From Chthoniobacteraceae bacterium (GTDB lineage: Bacteria; Verrucomicrobiota; Verrucomicrobiia; Chthoniobacterales; Chthoniobacteraceae), in assembly GCA_037190965.1 (NCBI GenBank), contig JBBCKI010000023.1, forward strand, positions 34,619 through 98,618: 64,000 nucleotides of DNA, written 5' to 3'. The notes below the pieces were generated by a model. It was not told the DNA's origin, made no database searches, and saw only the letters and a program-made list of their open reading frames with translations. A program made the translations under genes and the position numbers. Below, piece by piece: positions 49,927 to 59,152 of the stretch. Position 1 is the first letter of the stretch; each line of letters opens with the position of its first letter.

Positions 49927-52900
49927 ATGAACGCCGCTCGGGAAAGATATGAAAGGATTGGCGCAGGGACTGACCACCTCCTTTTTGCGATCCTGTGGTT
50001 GCTGGCTTTCCTTTCGTTGCCGTCGCTTTATGCGGCAGAAACCGAAGCGCCCCGGTTGGCGATTGTCTCCCAGAATGAAGCCCGTGATCTCGCGGCTTTG
50101 ATGACGGAAAGACTGGCGAAAAATCCCAGTTTCGTTCTCATCGAACGGGATGACCTGGCGAAAGCCGGAGATGAGTGGAAACTTTCCGAAATGGCGCGTG
50201 CCGATGGCCAGATGCTGGGAAAGCTCATCGGCGCCGACGGCCTCCTCTTCCTGTCCCGCGAGGGAGAACAATTCCGGGCCCGGTTGACCGCCGTTACGTT
50301 GGGCTTCGCGGTCTTCGACCTCGTCTTCCATCGGGAAGCCACCCCGGAAGATGTGCTGCAAAAACTGGAGAGCCGCATCCGCCGACTTACAGGCAAGCTG
50401 ACACTGACCCCGGAGCACGCCATCCCTCTCTCCGTCCTGAATCTCCGGGCTGATTCGCTCAGCGAGCAGGGAGCCGAGATCGAACGCCTTGCCACGATGT
50501 TGCTTGAAAGCCGGTTATCGGAGGCCGCCGAGATCGTCATATTGGAGCGGCGCGAAGCAGGGGCGCTGGCCTTTGAGCATGCCTTGAATGGAGAACGAAC
50601 ATCCATTCTTCGAGGCGCATTCCTCGTCGACGGCAGTCTTCGCCTTTCCTCCGGCGGCGATTCCGTGATCGCCTCCGTCCGGGTCCGCTCGCCCAAAGAG
50701 GAGGCGTCTTTCGAGATGGCAGGGAGCCTCAAAGATCTTCCCGGCTTCGCCAATCGCCTTGCGGGGAAAATTGCCAGGATTACCAAAACCTCGCTTCCCC
50801 CTTCGCAGGCTTCCTCCAAAGGAGAAGCGCGGGAGTATCTGCTGGAAGGCGTTTGGGCTCACCGGTGCCGATTAGCCCGCTCGGCTCTCGCGGCACTCGA
50901 CAGCGCTGAAATGCTGGGAGAAACGGCTTCCGATCTTCTCGCGCTCCGAATCCCCGTTCTGTGCATGCTGGCGACGGGATCCAGCAAGATTACCTACGTC
51001 ACCACGCCGGTTCCCGACAAAGCCGATCCCGACGACGACATCGCCTTCTTGGGAAGAGCGCTGGAGGACCTCGCCCGCTATCGAGCCGACAAAGGCCAAT
51101 CCAAGCTGGAAATCCTCGATTCGCACCAATCCTTTGATGGCCGCACTTCTCATCTGGAGGAAATCTCCGTCGTCTCTTCCCTAAGAATGCTGGCCATGCT
51201 GGAAAGCACGAGCAACCCGAGGGCGGCCGATTTCCGGACATCCATTCGTTCAGCCCTCGGCTATGCCCCTTTCGAAGGGCAACTTCCCAAAGATTGGAGC
51301 ACCGCCATCGAATTCGCAGGGCTTCTCTCCACCTCGCGGGAAGAGGAGATCGAATACTACCGAAGGCTCAGCACGACCTTCCCGGCTGCCGCATACGAAG
51401 CCTGGCGCCTTCAACTCGTGCTCCGCCCGGAAACTTTCTGCGCCCGATTCATCCCCTCCGTCGAGGAGCGCAAGGCTGCTTACTTCCGCTTTTGGAAAGA
51501 ACTGCTTCGAGATCCCGTCGGGAAGCCCGCCGCGCTCCTCCACCTCGCCCAAAAAGCGTCCCCCGATGAAAGAACGGCAGCGTGCAAAAACCTGTACCGA
51601 GAGCTCTGGGAGCAACGACAAGAACTCCTGCGTGCAAACCGGATCGTCTACCTGTTGAAATATGCCTTCAAACTCGAGACCGAAAACGGGGTGAAGGAAG
51701 CAGATCACAGGCTGATCTCCACCCTGCACTTCGTGCTCCAAAACGAAACGAAGACCAACGGAGCAACCGAAGGCATCTGGTGCCCGGAGCTATTCCCGCG
51801 CAAAGAAGCCCGAAAGCTCCAACGAGCACTCAAGGAGTTCCAGAGCCGCGTCATCGCAGCAGGAGGCTCGGATGGTTATTTCCAGAGGATGAACCAAAAG
51901 CTGCTACAACAATTCCCCGATCTTGCAGAGCCATCCGTCGCCTTGCCCCCGTTGAAGATCACCTCCTTTTGGTATCCAAAAAACGCTCCCGCGTTATTTT
52001 TGACGGGGACCTATGATTTCAAGGTCGAAAACGATTACGTTTTGCTGACCGGAATCCATAGCAGGCAAGTACGAACCTTCGAACTACGGCTTCCCGGGTT
52101 TGAGACTCGCGAGATCGTAAGCCCACTTACCCAAACGCCCGAGGATACTCTTCACACCAAAGATTCTCTGCTGCTCCTCTGCAAACCGAACGACGGAAAC
52201 CCAAAAGCGGTGATCATGAGATATGATCGAGCCCGGGGAGGATGGAGCGAGCATGAGGTTCCTGTGAAAACCCAAAGGATCTTCCGCGTTCACGATAAGG
52301 TCTATCTCTCCTTGGGCAATTCGGTAACGGATCCGGACGCCGGGGGCATCGCTCTTTTCGAAGAAGTCACGGGTGAAGTGACGGTTCTGGCCAGCTGCAG
52401 GAGAAAGCCCGCGCGGAATCAATTTGACGACTGCCCCAAGTATAGGGTCGGTGCCATCTTCGCAGGTCCAAGCGGTCGGGTTTGTGCCTTGATTGACTAC
52501 AAGGTTTACGAAATTAAAGCCGAACCGGGAAATTGGTCGCTTGTCTCCGACACAGGCGTGATGCGGAGTGCAACATCAACACTGGGCCGAACCCTGCTCC
52601 ACGGCTCGACGACTCATTCCAATCGGCTTAAAGCCGCCATTCTGTTCGACCCGGCGCGCAGCCAACCCGAAGTCTGGATGGGCCCTGTTTCTTCACTGAA
52701 AGTCCGCTCAGGCAAAGAATGGATCCAGCCGGAATCCCCAGAATGGTCCAACAGCTTCTTTTGGCCAGCAGCGGACAAGGAAGCAGGCGAGGAGATCGAG
52801 TGTTCAATACGCGGGGACGACTTGCTTTGCCTCGTGAGAAATCACTCCGAGGGAGAAAGGGCGAGGCTGATTTATTATCGACGGGGAAAAACGGACCCCA

Positions 52901-53133
52901 TCCACATTCCCCTTCGATTCGAAATGCAACCCGACGCTCTGAATGCGCTCAAATCCGTGCTGTCAGAAAAGGTGAACACGTTCGATGTAATTTCGAAACC
53001 TCACGAGCACCCCCATATTCTGGAGATGCAAGTCGCTTCCTCGGGCCTCTGTTTCCGCGCGCTCCATCATGGGTTCTGGTTCCTCCCGTTTGCGGAACTC
53101 GACGCTTATCTGAAGGCGCTGGATGCTGACTGA
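49927..53133 (+). CDS. Large exported hypothetical protein with two N-terminal CsgG/TolB-N-like domains
   Basis: Hydrophobic signal; repeated motif L...L......VLIER..L / ILERRE; GKLIGADGLL. Confidence 0.6.
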   Translation: MNAARERYERIGAGTDHLLFAILWLLAFLSLPSLYAAETEAPRLAIVSQNEARDLAALMTERLAKNPSFVLIERDDLAKAGDEWKLSEMARADGQMLGKLIGADGLLFLSREGEQFRARLTAVTLGFAVFDLVFHREATPEDVLQKLESRIRRLTGKLTLTPEHAIPLSVLNLRADSLSEQGAEIERLATMLLESRLSEAAEIVILERREAGALAFEHALNGERTSILRGAFLVDGSLRLSSGGDSVIASVRVRSPKEEASFEMAGSLKDLPGFANRLAGKIARITKTSLPPSQASSKGEAREYLLEGVWAHRCRLARSALAALDSAEMLGETASDLLALRIPVLCMLATGSSKITYVTTPVPDKADPDDDIAFLGRALEDLARYRADKGQSKLEILDSHQSFDGRTSHLEEISVVSSLRMLAMLESTSNPRAADFRTSIRSALGYAPFEGQLPKDWSTAIEFAGLLSTSREEEIEYYRRLSTTFPAAAYEAWRLQLVLRPETFCARFIPSVEERKAAYFRFWKELLRDPVGKPAALLHLAQKASPDERTAACKNLYRELWEQRQELLRANRIVYLLKYAFKLETENGVKEADHRLISTLHFVLQNETKTNGATEGIWCPELFPRKEARKLQRALKEFQSRVIAAGGSDGYFQRMNQKLLQQFPDLAEPSVALPPLKITSFWYPKNAPALFLTGTYDFKVENDYVLLTGIHSRQVRTFELRLPGFETREIVSPLTQTPEDTLHTKDSLLLLCKPNDGNPKAVIMRYDRARGGWSEHEVPVKTQRIFRVHDKVYLSLGNSVTDPDAGGIALFEEVTGEVTVLASCRRKPARNQFDDCPKYRVGAIFAGPSGRVCALIDYKVYEIKAEPGNWSLVSDTGVMRSATSTLGRTLLHGSTTHSNRLKAAILFDPARSQPEVWMGPVSSLKVRSGKEWIQPESPEWSNSFFWPAADKEAGEEIECSIRGDDLLCLVRNHSEGERARLIYYRRGKTDPIHIPLRFEMQPDALNALKSVLSEKVNTFDVISKPHEHPHILEMQVASSGLCFRALHHGFWFLPFAELDAYLKALDAD

Positions 53134-53141
53134 TCTTGGGC

Positions 53142-54215
53142 TTACTCCTGCAGAAGGCGCAATTTACCCAGCGCGCGACCGGAGTCGATCTGCTCTTTTG
53201 CACGGTCAAGCCCCTCGGCCACTCCGGAGGCAAGCCCCGCCACCACAAATCCGGCGGCGGCATTCAGCAAGGCTAATTCCCGACGTGGGCCATGAAGGGT
53301 GCCATCGAGAATCCCCAGCAAAATCTTCGCGTTCTCCTCGCGGGAGCCGCCGCGCAGGTCATCGAGCGAAGCCGGGGCAAAGCCAAGCTGCGCCAGCATT
53401 TCCGCGGTAAGATGGCATTCCGTGATCCCCTCGGCATCGACGGACTGGATCCGGGTCGGCCCGAGCGTGGAAACTTCGTCCATTCCCGGGGCATCGTTGC
53501 CGGGACCGCTCTTCCCATGCACCGCCCAAGCCCGCTTCCTCCCAAGACGCCGCAGCACGGCGGCGTACTTCGGCAGGGCGGGTTCGGAAAAAATGCCAAC
53601 GAGTTGATGCGCCGGTCGCGCCGGGTTGAGCAACGGCCCAAGCAGGTTGAAAATCGTCGTGACCCCTTCCGCCGCGAGGCTCTTGCGGATCGGGCCGATC
53701 ACCTTGAACGCCGGGTGATATTGAGGCGCGAAGAGAAACCCGAGGCCCGCCGTTTCCACGCGCTGGCGAAATTCCTCCGTCGGCAGGTCGATCCGGACGC
53801 CGAGGGCCTCCAGCACATCGGCCCCGCCGCATTGCGAGCTGATGCTCCGGTTGCCGTGCTTGACCACCACAGCCCCGCCCGCCGCGAGGATGAACATCCC
53901 GGTGGTGGAGACATTGAAGAGATCGAGCCGGTCGCCGCCGGTGCCGCACACGTCGATCATCGGGCCGGGAAGCGCCGTCGGGTCGAGCTCCGGGTTCACG
54001 GCGCGCGCTAAAAACGCCTCCACAAAAGCGGCGATCTCCGCGTCGGTCTCGCCCTTGGCGGCGAGAGCGCGGAGGAAATCGGCCTTCAATGCCGGGTCAG
54101 CCTCCTCCGCGAGAAGGAAGCGGGCGGCAAACTCCACCTCTTCGGGGGCCAGGGAGACGCCGCTGCGCAGGAGCGCGATCAGATCATGCAGGGAGCGGCC
54201 GGAAGCGGTGGTCAT
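53142..54215 (-). CDS. trpD: Anthranilate phosphoribosyltransferase
   Basis: DVCGTGGD, FNVST, KHGNRS.SS..G.AD.LEALG, FNLLGPL.NP and GMDE. Confidence 0.96.
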   Translation of the reverse strand: MTTASGRSLHDLIALLRSGVSLAPEEVEFAARFLLAEEADPALKADFLRALAAKGETDAEIAAFVEAFLARAVNPELDPTALPGPMIDVCGTGGDRLDLFNVSTTGMFILAAGGAVVVKHGNRSISSQCGGADVLEALGVRIDLPTEEFRQRVETAGLGFLFAPQYHPAFKVIGPIRKSLAAEGVTTIFNLLGPLLNPARPAHQLVGIFSEPALPKYAAVLRRLGRKRAWAVHGKSGPGNDAPGMDEVSTLGPTRIQSVDAEGITECHLTAEMLAQLGFAPASLDDLRGGSREENAKILLGILDGTLHGPRRELALLNAAAGFVVAGLASGVAEGLDRAKEQIDSGRALGKLRLLQE

Positions 54216-54233
54216 ACTGGCGGCTATAGAGCC

Positions 54234-55193
54234 TCAGGAGAGGCAGGCCATGTCGGAATGCGGCTGCTGCGGGGTGAGATTCAACTCACGCAGCAACTCA
54301 AGATCTTTGTCCGTGCCGGGGTTGGCCGCAGTCAGAAGTTTGTCCCCGTAGAAAATGGAATTGGCCCCGGCGAAGAAGCAGAGCGCCTGCGCCTCGCGGG
54401 TGAGCCGGGTGCGGCCCGCGCTGAGGCGGACCTTTGATTTCGGCAACGCAATGCGCGTGGTGGCGATCAGCCGGACCAGTTGGAAAATATCGACCTGCGG
54501 CTGATCCTCCAGCGGCGTGCCGGGCATCGCCATGAGGCAGTTGATCGGCACGCTTTCCGGCGCCGGGTCGAAATTGGTGAGCACCTCCAGCATCTTGAGG
54601 CGGTCGATCTCCTGCTCTCCGAGGCCGATGATGCCGCCGCAACAGACCGCCATTCCGCTCTTCTGCACCGCGTCGATGGTGTTGAGCCGGTCCTGAAAGG
54701 TATGGGTGGAGACGATCTCCGGGTAGAATTCCGGCGACGTGTCGATGTTGTGATTATAGGCGGTCACGCCCGCCTCCTTGAGCTTATGGGCTTCCTTCTC
54801 GCTCAGTTGCCCGAGCGTCACGCAGACCTCCATGCCGAGCTTGCTGACATCGCGGATCGTGTCGAGCACCTGCTCAAAGCGGGCATCCCCGTCGCGCACC
54901 CCTTTCCAGGCGGCCCCCATGCAAAACCGGGTGGAGCCGTTCTCGCGCGCCGCCTTCGCTTTTTCCACGATCTCCTCCTTCGGCATCAGGCGCTCTGCCT
55001 TGACGCCGGTGGAGTAGCGCGAGCTTTGGGCGCAGTAGCCGCAATCCTCCGAGCACCCCCCGGTCTTGATGGAAAGCAAGGTGCAGAGCTGCACTTCGTC
55101 CCCCTTCCAGTGCGCAAGATAGGCGTTGCGCGCTTCCTGGATGAGGTCGAAGAACGGTTGATCGTAAATGCGCTGGAGCTCGGCGAGATTCAT
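54234..55193 (-). CDS. bioB: Biotin synthase
   Basis: C.EDC.YC.QS radical-SAM motif, RFCMGAAW, YNHNIDT, ESVPIN and GANSIFYG.KLLT. Confidence 0.97.
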   Translation of the reverse strand: MNLAELQRIYDQPFFDLIQEARNAYLAHWKGDEVQLCTLLSIKTGGCSEDCGYCAQSSRYSTGVKAERLMPKEEIVEKAKAARENGSTRFCMGAAWKGVRDGDARFEQVLDTIRDVSKLGMEVCVTLGQLSEKEAHKLKEAGVTAYNHNIDTSPEFYPEIVSTHTFQDRLNTIDAVQKSGMAVCCGGIIGLGEQEIDRLKMLEVLTNFDPAPESVPINCLMAMPGTPLEDQPQVDIFQLVRLIATTRIALPKSKVRLSAGRTRLTREAQALCFFAGANSIFYGDKLLTAANPGTDKDLELLRELNLTPQQPHSDMACLS

Positions 55194-55255
55194 GGGAAAG
55201 GCTCACTCTACCGGAGGCGTTCCCCCTTCTGCAAGCCGCTGTGAAAGTTACCGTT

Positions 55256-56356
55256 CTACCGGTTCCTGCCGCGCCCCTCGATCGGCCAACGATCCAGGAT
55301 CTCCTCGCCCCGCACGACGATGGCTTCGTCGGCCAGATTCATGACCGGGCAGATGTGCGCGGGGACGAACCGGAGGCGGTCTCCAATCTTGAGGGCGTCC
55401 ACTCCTTCGCCGGTAACATAACCGTGCTCCTCGTTGCAGCGAATGACGCGGAGCTTCGCATCCACGGCCTCCCAGCCTGAATCCCCGGTGCGCGCCTTGT
55501 CGCCGCTGAAGGTCTTGGAGCCTGCATCGATGAGCGCAAGGCCGGGCGAGGGAAGATCGACCACGGTCGCCAGAATGGTGACAGCCGCGCTCTCCCATGG
55601 CATGACTTTGTCCGGCGCACAGAGGGCGATGTCTCCAAACATGTAAGCCCCCGGGCGTACCGCCTGTACATTCGGCATGGTGGCCATCACGGCCGCCGTG
55701 GCACTGCATCCCGGCCAGATCGGCAAGGAGGGATCGATGGCGTTACGGACCGCCGTGATTTTTTCGTGCACCGCTGCGACCAACGCGGGAATCTCCTCAC
55801 GAGTGGCCCCATAAGCATGCCCTTCGTGCGAATAAAAGCCGCGAAGCTGAAAATGGGGAAGGGAGCGAATGGTTGCGGCAAGGGCGTGGGCCTCTTCCAG
55901 CGACCGGGAACCTTCACGGCCCAGGCCGGTATCGACCGCCATCATGACCGGCAGTTTGAGATCCACCGACGCCAGCACGGCGTTCAAGGCAGCGGCCTGC
56001 CTCTCGCTGGTGACGGCAAGGATCAACTCGTCAAGCCGGGCCGCCAAAGCGGCCAGGCGCGCGCCGGAACGGAGATCGACAATCGAGTGCGCGATAAAAA
56101 TTCGCCGTACGCCGGAAGGAAGCATTGCCTCCGCCTCGCCGATCTTTGCGCAAGTCAACCCCTTGGCCCCCAGCTCAAGCTGACGTTGCGCCACGGCGCA
56201 CGACTTATGGGTCTTGATGTGGGGCCAAAGCTCCACACCGTGCCGGTCGCAGATTTCCTGCTGAAACCGGAGGTTTTTTTCAAGGCGATCGAGATCGATC
56301 AAGACCCTAGGTGTTTCCAGGTCGTTAAGATTATTAAGGCAATTGGAAGATTCCAT
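55256..56356 (-). CDS. PLP-dependent fold-III enzyme (D-threonine aldolase / D-serine dehydratase DSD1-like)
   Basis: ETP...ID, PHIKTHK, CAKIGEAE, HEGH, RPG.Y.F.D, DAGSK, EEHG and P.H.C...N. Confidence 0.88.
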   Translation of the reverse strand: MESSNCLNNLNDLETPRVLIDLDRLEKNLRFQQEICDRHGVELWPHIKTHKSCAVAQRQLELGAKGLTCAKIGEAEAMLPSGVRRIFIAHSIVDLRSGARLAALAARLDELILAVTSERQAAALNAVLASVDLKLPVMMAVDTGLGREGSRSLEEAHALAATIRSLPHFQLRGFYSHEGHAYGATREEIPALVAAVHEKITAVRNAIDPSLPIWPGCSATAAVMATMPNVQAVRPGAYMFGDIALCAPDKVMPWESAAVTILATVVDLPSPGLALIDAGSKTFSGDKARTGDSGWEAVDAKLRVIRCNEEHGYVTGEGVDALKIGDRLRFVPAHICPVMNLADEAIVVRGEEILDRWPIEGRGRNR

Positions 56357-56387
56357 GGCGGACGAAACGTTGAGAAAAGGAGGCCCG

Positions 56388-56774
56388 TTATTCTGCGTCT
56401 TTGACGACGGCGATACACTCGATCTCGTATTGCAGATTCTTGCCGAGGCAATGCGTGATCGTCGTCCGGGCGGGGTAAGGCTGCTTGAAGTACTCCTTGT
56501 AGATCTCCTGGTAGATGGGGAGATTCTCCGGGTCGCGGACATAATTACGCGTCTGCACCACGTGCGCCAGGTCGCTCCCGACATCCTCGAGAATTTTTTT
56601 CATATTCTCGATGGATCGGCGGACTTCCCCCTCGAAGGTGTCGGGAACGATCTTCCCGGTGACATCGACCGAGGCCTGCCCGGAGATGAAAAGAAGATTC
56701 CCCACCTTGACGGCGGGGCTGAAAGGAAGGTGAGAGGTGGGCGTGTCGGGCAACTGCGGGTACTCGATCTTCAT
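56388..56774 (-). CDS. RidA/YjgF family protein
   Basis: PFSPAV..G.LLFISGQ, YF..PYPARTT and EIECIA motifs. Confidence 0.9.
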   Translation of the reverse strand: MKIEYPQLPDTPTSHLPFSPAVKVGNLLFISGQASVDVTGKIVPDTFEGEVRRSIENMKKILEDVGSDLAHVVQTRNYVRDPENLPIYQEIYKEYFKQPYPARTTITHCLGKNLQYEIECIAVVKDAE

Positions 56775-56816
56775 CGGAATGCGTATAGACGTTTTTTGGG
56801 CCAATCCAAGCCTTCG

Positions 56817-57860
56817 CTATCTGGGATTATAAATTAACGAACACATCGGCGCGGGAATCGACAGTTCGCCGGTCAAGACCAGCGGCAGCCCGGTCTTCCG
56901 GTCCACCCGGAACAACGCCACGGCATTGGCCTCGGAGTTCGCCACAAAGAGAGTGCCTCCGGACGGAGCGAACGCCACATGCTGCGGCTTCGCGCCGCCT
57001 GCCTCCGCCAACCGGACGGCGCGGATTTCCGCCGTAACCGGGTCGATGGCAAAAATGGCCAGCGAATCGTGGCCCCGGTTGGTGGCATAAAACACATCGG
57101 CGGAGGGGTGGAACTCCAGTTCAGCCGTCCAGCTCTCGCCGTCAAATCCCTCCGGCAAGGTCGACAGCGTTCCCGTCTCCTGCCACCGCCCGGTAGCGGG
57201 ATCGAGGCGAAATGCCGTGACCGTGTTGTCGAGTTCATTGACAGCGGCGGCGACGCACCCGTTCGGGTGCAACGTGAAGTGACGCGGTCCGGCTCCGGCG
57301 GCCACAACGGTGTCCAGCTCGGGCACCGGCGTCAGGCGCAGCGGATCCAGTTCCACGCGAAGGGCAAGAATGCGGTCGATCCCCAGGTCGGCCCCATAAA
57401 TGAGATCTCCCCGCAATGCGACCCCGTGAGGATGCGGCCCGCTCTGCCGCTGGGCATCGGCGCTGCTCCCTGTCGGCAGGTAAACACTCGACGCGGGGAA
57501 AAGACCTCCGTCGGCTCCGAGCGCAAAGAGCGAGAATCCGCCATTGTAATTGGCGACCGGCAGATAACGGCCCGCGGGGTCCACCGCGAGATGACATGGC
57601 GCGGCTCCTTCACTATCCACCTCCTGAAGGAGAGTGAGTCCCCCGTCCCTGGCGATGGCAAAAACGCCGACCTTTCCGCCTTTGATATCCAGAGAATACA
57701 ACACCGGCAGACTGGGGTGCGCCGCGAGAAAAAAGCTTTGAGGAGTGCCCGGCAGGAGGGTCAGCCCGGAGACCTCGCCTGTTTTCTCCTCGAAAACCCC
57801 ACGATAAATCCCCGACTCAATGCTCCCGCAGTAGAAAAATGACTGTCCGTCGCTTGTCAT
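56817..57860 (-). CDS. Lactonase family beta-propeller (6-phosphogluconolactonase-like)
   Basis: PCHL.VD, VANYNGG, RQ..PHPH, ADLG.D, GAGPRH, VNEL and NRGHDS. Confidence 0.9.
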   Translation of the reverse strand: MTSDGQSFFYCGSIESGIYRGVFEEKTGEVSGLTLLPGTPQSFFLAAHPSLPVLYSLDIKGGKVGVFAIARDGGLTLLQEVDSEGAAPCHLAVDPAGRYLPVANYNGGFSLFALGADGGLFPASSVYLPTGSSADAQRQSGPHPHGVALRGDLIYGADLGIDRILALRVELDPLRLTPVPELDTVVAAGAGPRHFTLHPNGCVAAAVNELDNTVTAFRLDPATGRWQETGTLSTLPEGFDGESWTAELEFHPSADVFYATNRGHDSLAIFAIDPVTAEIRAVRLAEAGGAKPQHVAFAPSGGTLFVANSEANAVALFRVDRKTGLPLVLTGELSIPAPMCSLIYNPR

Positions 57861-57960
57861 GGCGTTGTTAATGCCGCGATCTGCTGGCCCGTGCAATAGG
57901 GAACCAAACCGCGATGCAAAATCCCGTGACGCCAAAACGGGGTTTTGGCAAAATTGCGGC

Positions 57961-58398
57961 ATGGCTTCCTCCCCACTATCACGATTGAGCGTGGTCACAC
58001 TCGGCGTTACCGATCTGGAAAAAGCGACCGCCTTTTACACGGAAGTCTTCGGGATCGGCCCGAACCCCAATTACGAAGGCGTTTCCTTCTTCCAACTGCC
58101 GGGAACGTGGATTTCTCTCTATCCCCTCGACAAACTCGCCGAAGACATTGGGCCCGACGTCCCCATCGCCGGGGGCGGGTTCAACGGCATCACGCTGGCC
58201 CACAACGTGCGAAGCAAGGAAGAAGCGCTCGCCGTCATCGAGACCGCCCGCGTCGCCGGAGCCACCGTCGTCAAACCGGCGCAGGACACCTTCTGGGGCG
58301 GCTTCAGCGGGTACTTCACCGACCTCGATGGCTACCATTGGGAAGTTGTCTGGGCTCCCATGTTTGGTTTCACGGCGGACGGGGCGCTGCAATCCTGA
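57961..58398 (+). CDS. VOC family protein
   Basis: LSVVTLGV.DL..A..FY, GITLAHNV and FWGG.SGYF.D.DG..WEV. Confidence 0.88.
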   Translation: MASSPLSRLSVVTLGVTDLEKATAFYTEVFGIGPNPNYEGVSFFQLPGTWISLYPLDKLAEDIGPDVPIAGGGFNGITLAHNVRSKEEALAVIETARVAGATVVKPAQDTFWGGFSGYFTDLDGYHWEVVWAPMFGFTADGALQS

Positions 58399-58449
58399 AT
58401 TTTGACAGAACCGGCATCACCCTTATCTTACGATTTTTCTTAAACTTCT

Positions 58450-58932
58450 ATGACTGCCCTCAAAACACCTCCTCCCGGTTATCACTCCATCATCCCCTCC
58501 CTCCCGATCCGCGACGCGGCGGCCGCCATTGATTTCTACCGGCGCGCCTTCGGAGCCGTCGACACCGTCCGGCTTGACATGCCCGGCTCGGGACAGATCG
58601 CGCATGCCGAAATTCGGATTGGCGACTCCATCATCATGCTGGGCGAAGAAAGCCACGACTGGGACTGCCTGAGCCCGCTTTCCGTCGGTGGTCCTTCCAC
58701 GCGACTGATGATCTACGTGCCGGATGTCGACGCCACCTTTGCCCAAGCCCTCAATGCCGGAGCAAAAGCCCTCATGCCGCCCGCCAATCAATTCTGGGGC
58801 GATCGCATGGGCACCCTCGAAGACCCCTTCGGCTACCGCTGGATGCTCGCCACACGCATCGAAGACGTTGATCCCAAAGAATATCCCGCACGGATGGCAG
58901 CTTTCTTTGAAAAGGGTGGATGCGGAGCTTGA
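58450..58932 (+). CDS. VOC family protein (PhnB-like)
   Basis: P.GYHS..P.L...DAAAAIDFY..AFGA, HAEI.IGDS and QFWGDR.G...DPFG.RW. Confidence 0.88.
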   Translation: MTALKTPPPGYHSIIPSLPIRDAAAAIDFYRRAFGAVDTVRLDMPGSGQIAHAEIRIGDSIIMLGEESHDWDCLSPLSVGGPSTRLMIYVPDVDATFAQALNAGAKALMPPANQFWGDRMGTLEDPFGYRWMLATRIEDVDPKEYPARMAAFFEKGGCGA

Positions 58933-59152
58933 CTAGTCGCCCTTCAACTTACCCTGAGTCGTCCGTTTGTTGAATAACAAAGCCAACCCAGCGCCTCGGG
59001 TTGCCGTTGTCACGCCATCTTTAGCAAGCGCGGCAGCGGCAGGCCCAAAGATTGGAGCAAATCTATGGAATGCCTATGAGCGACATTCTTGCCAAAGAAC
59101 GTCCAAAATAGTGCAGCCACAGCATGCATTTATTTGTCATGCCCGAACGACG

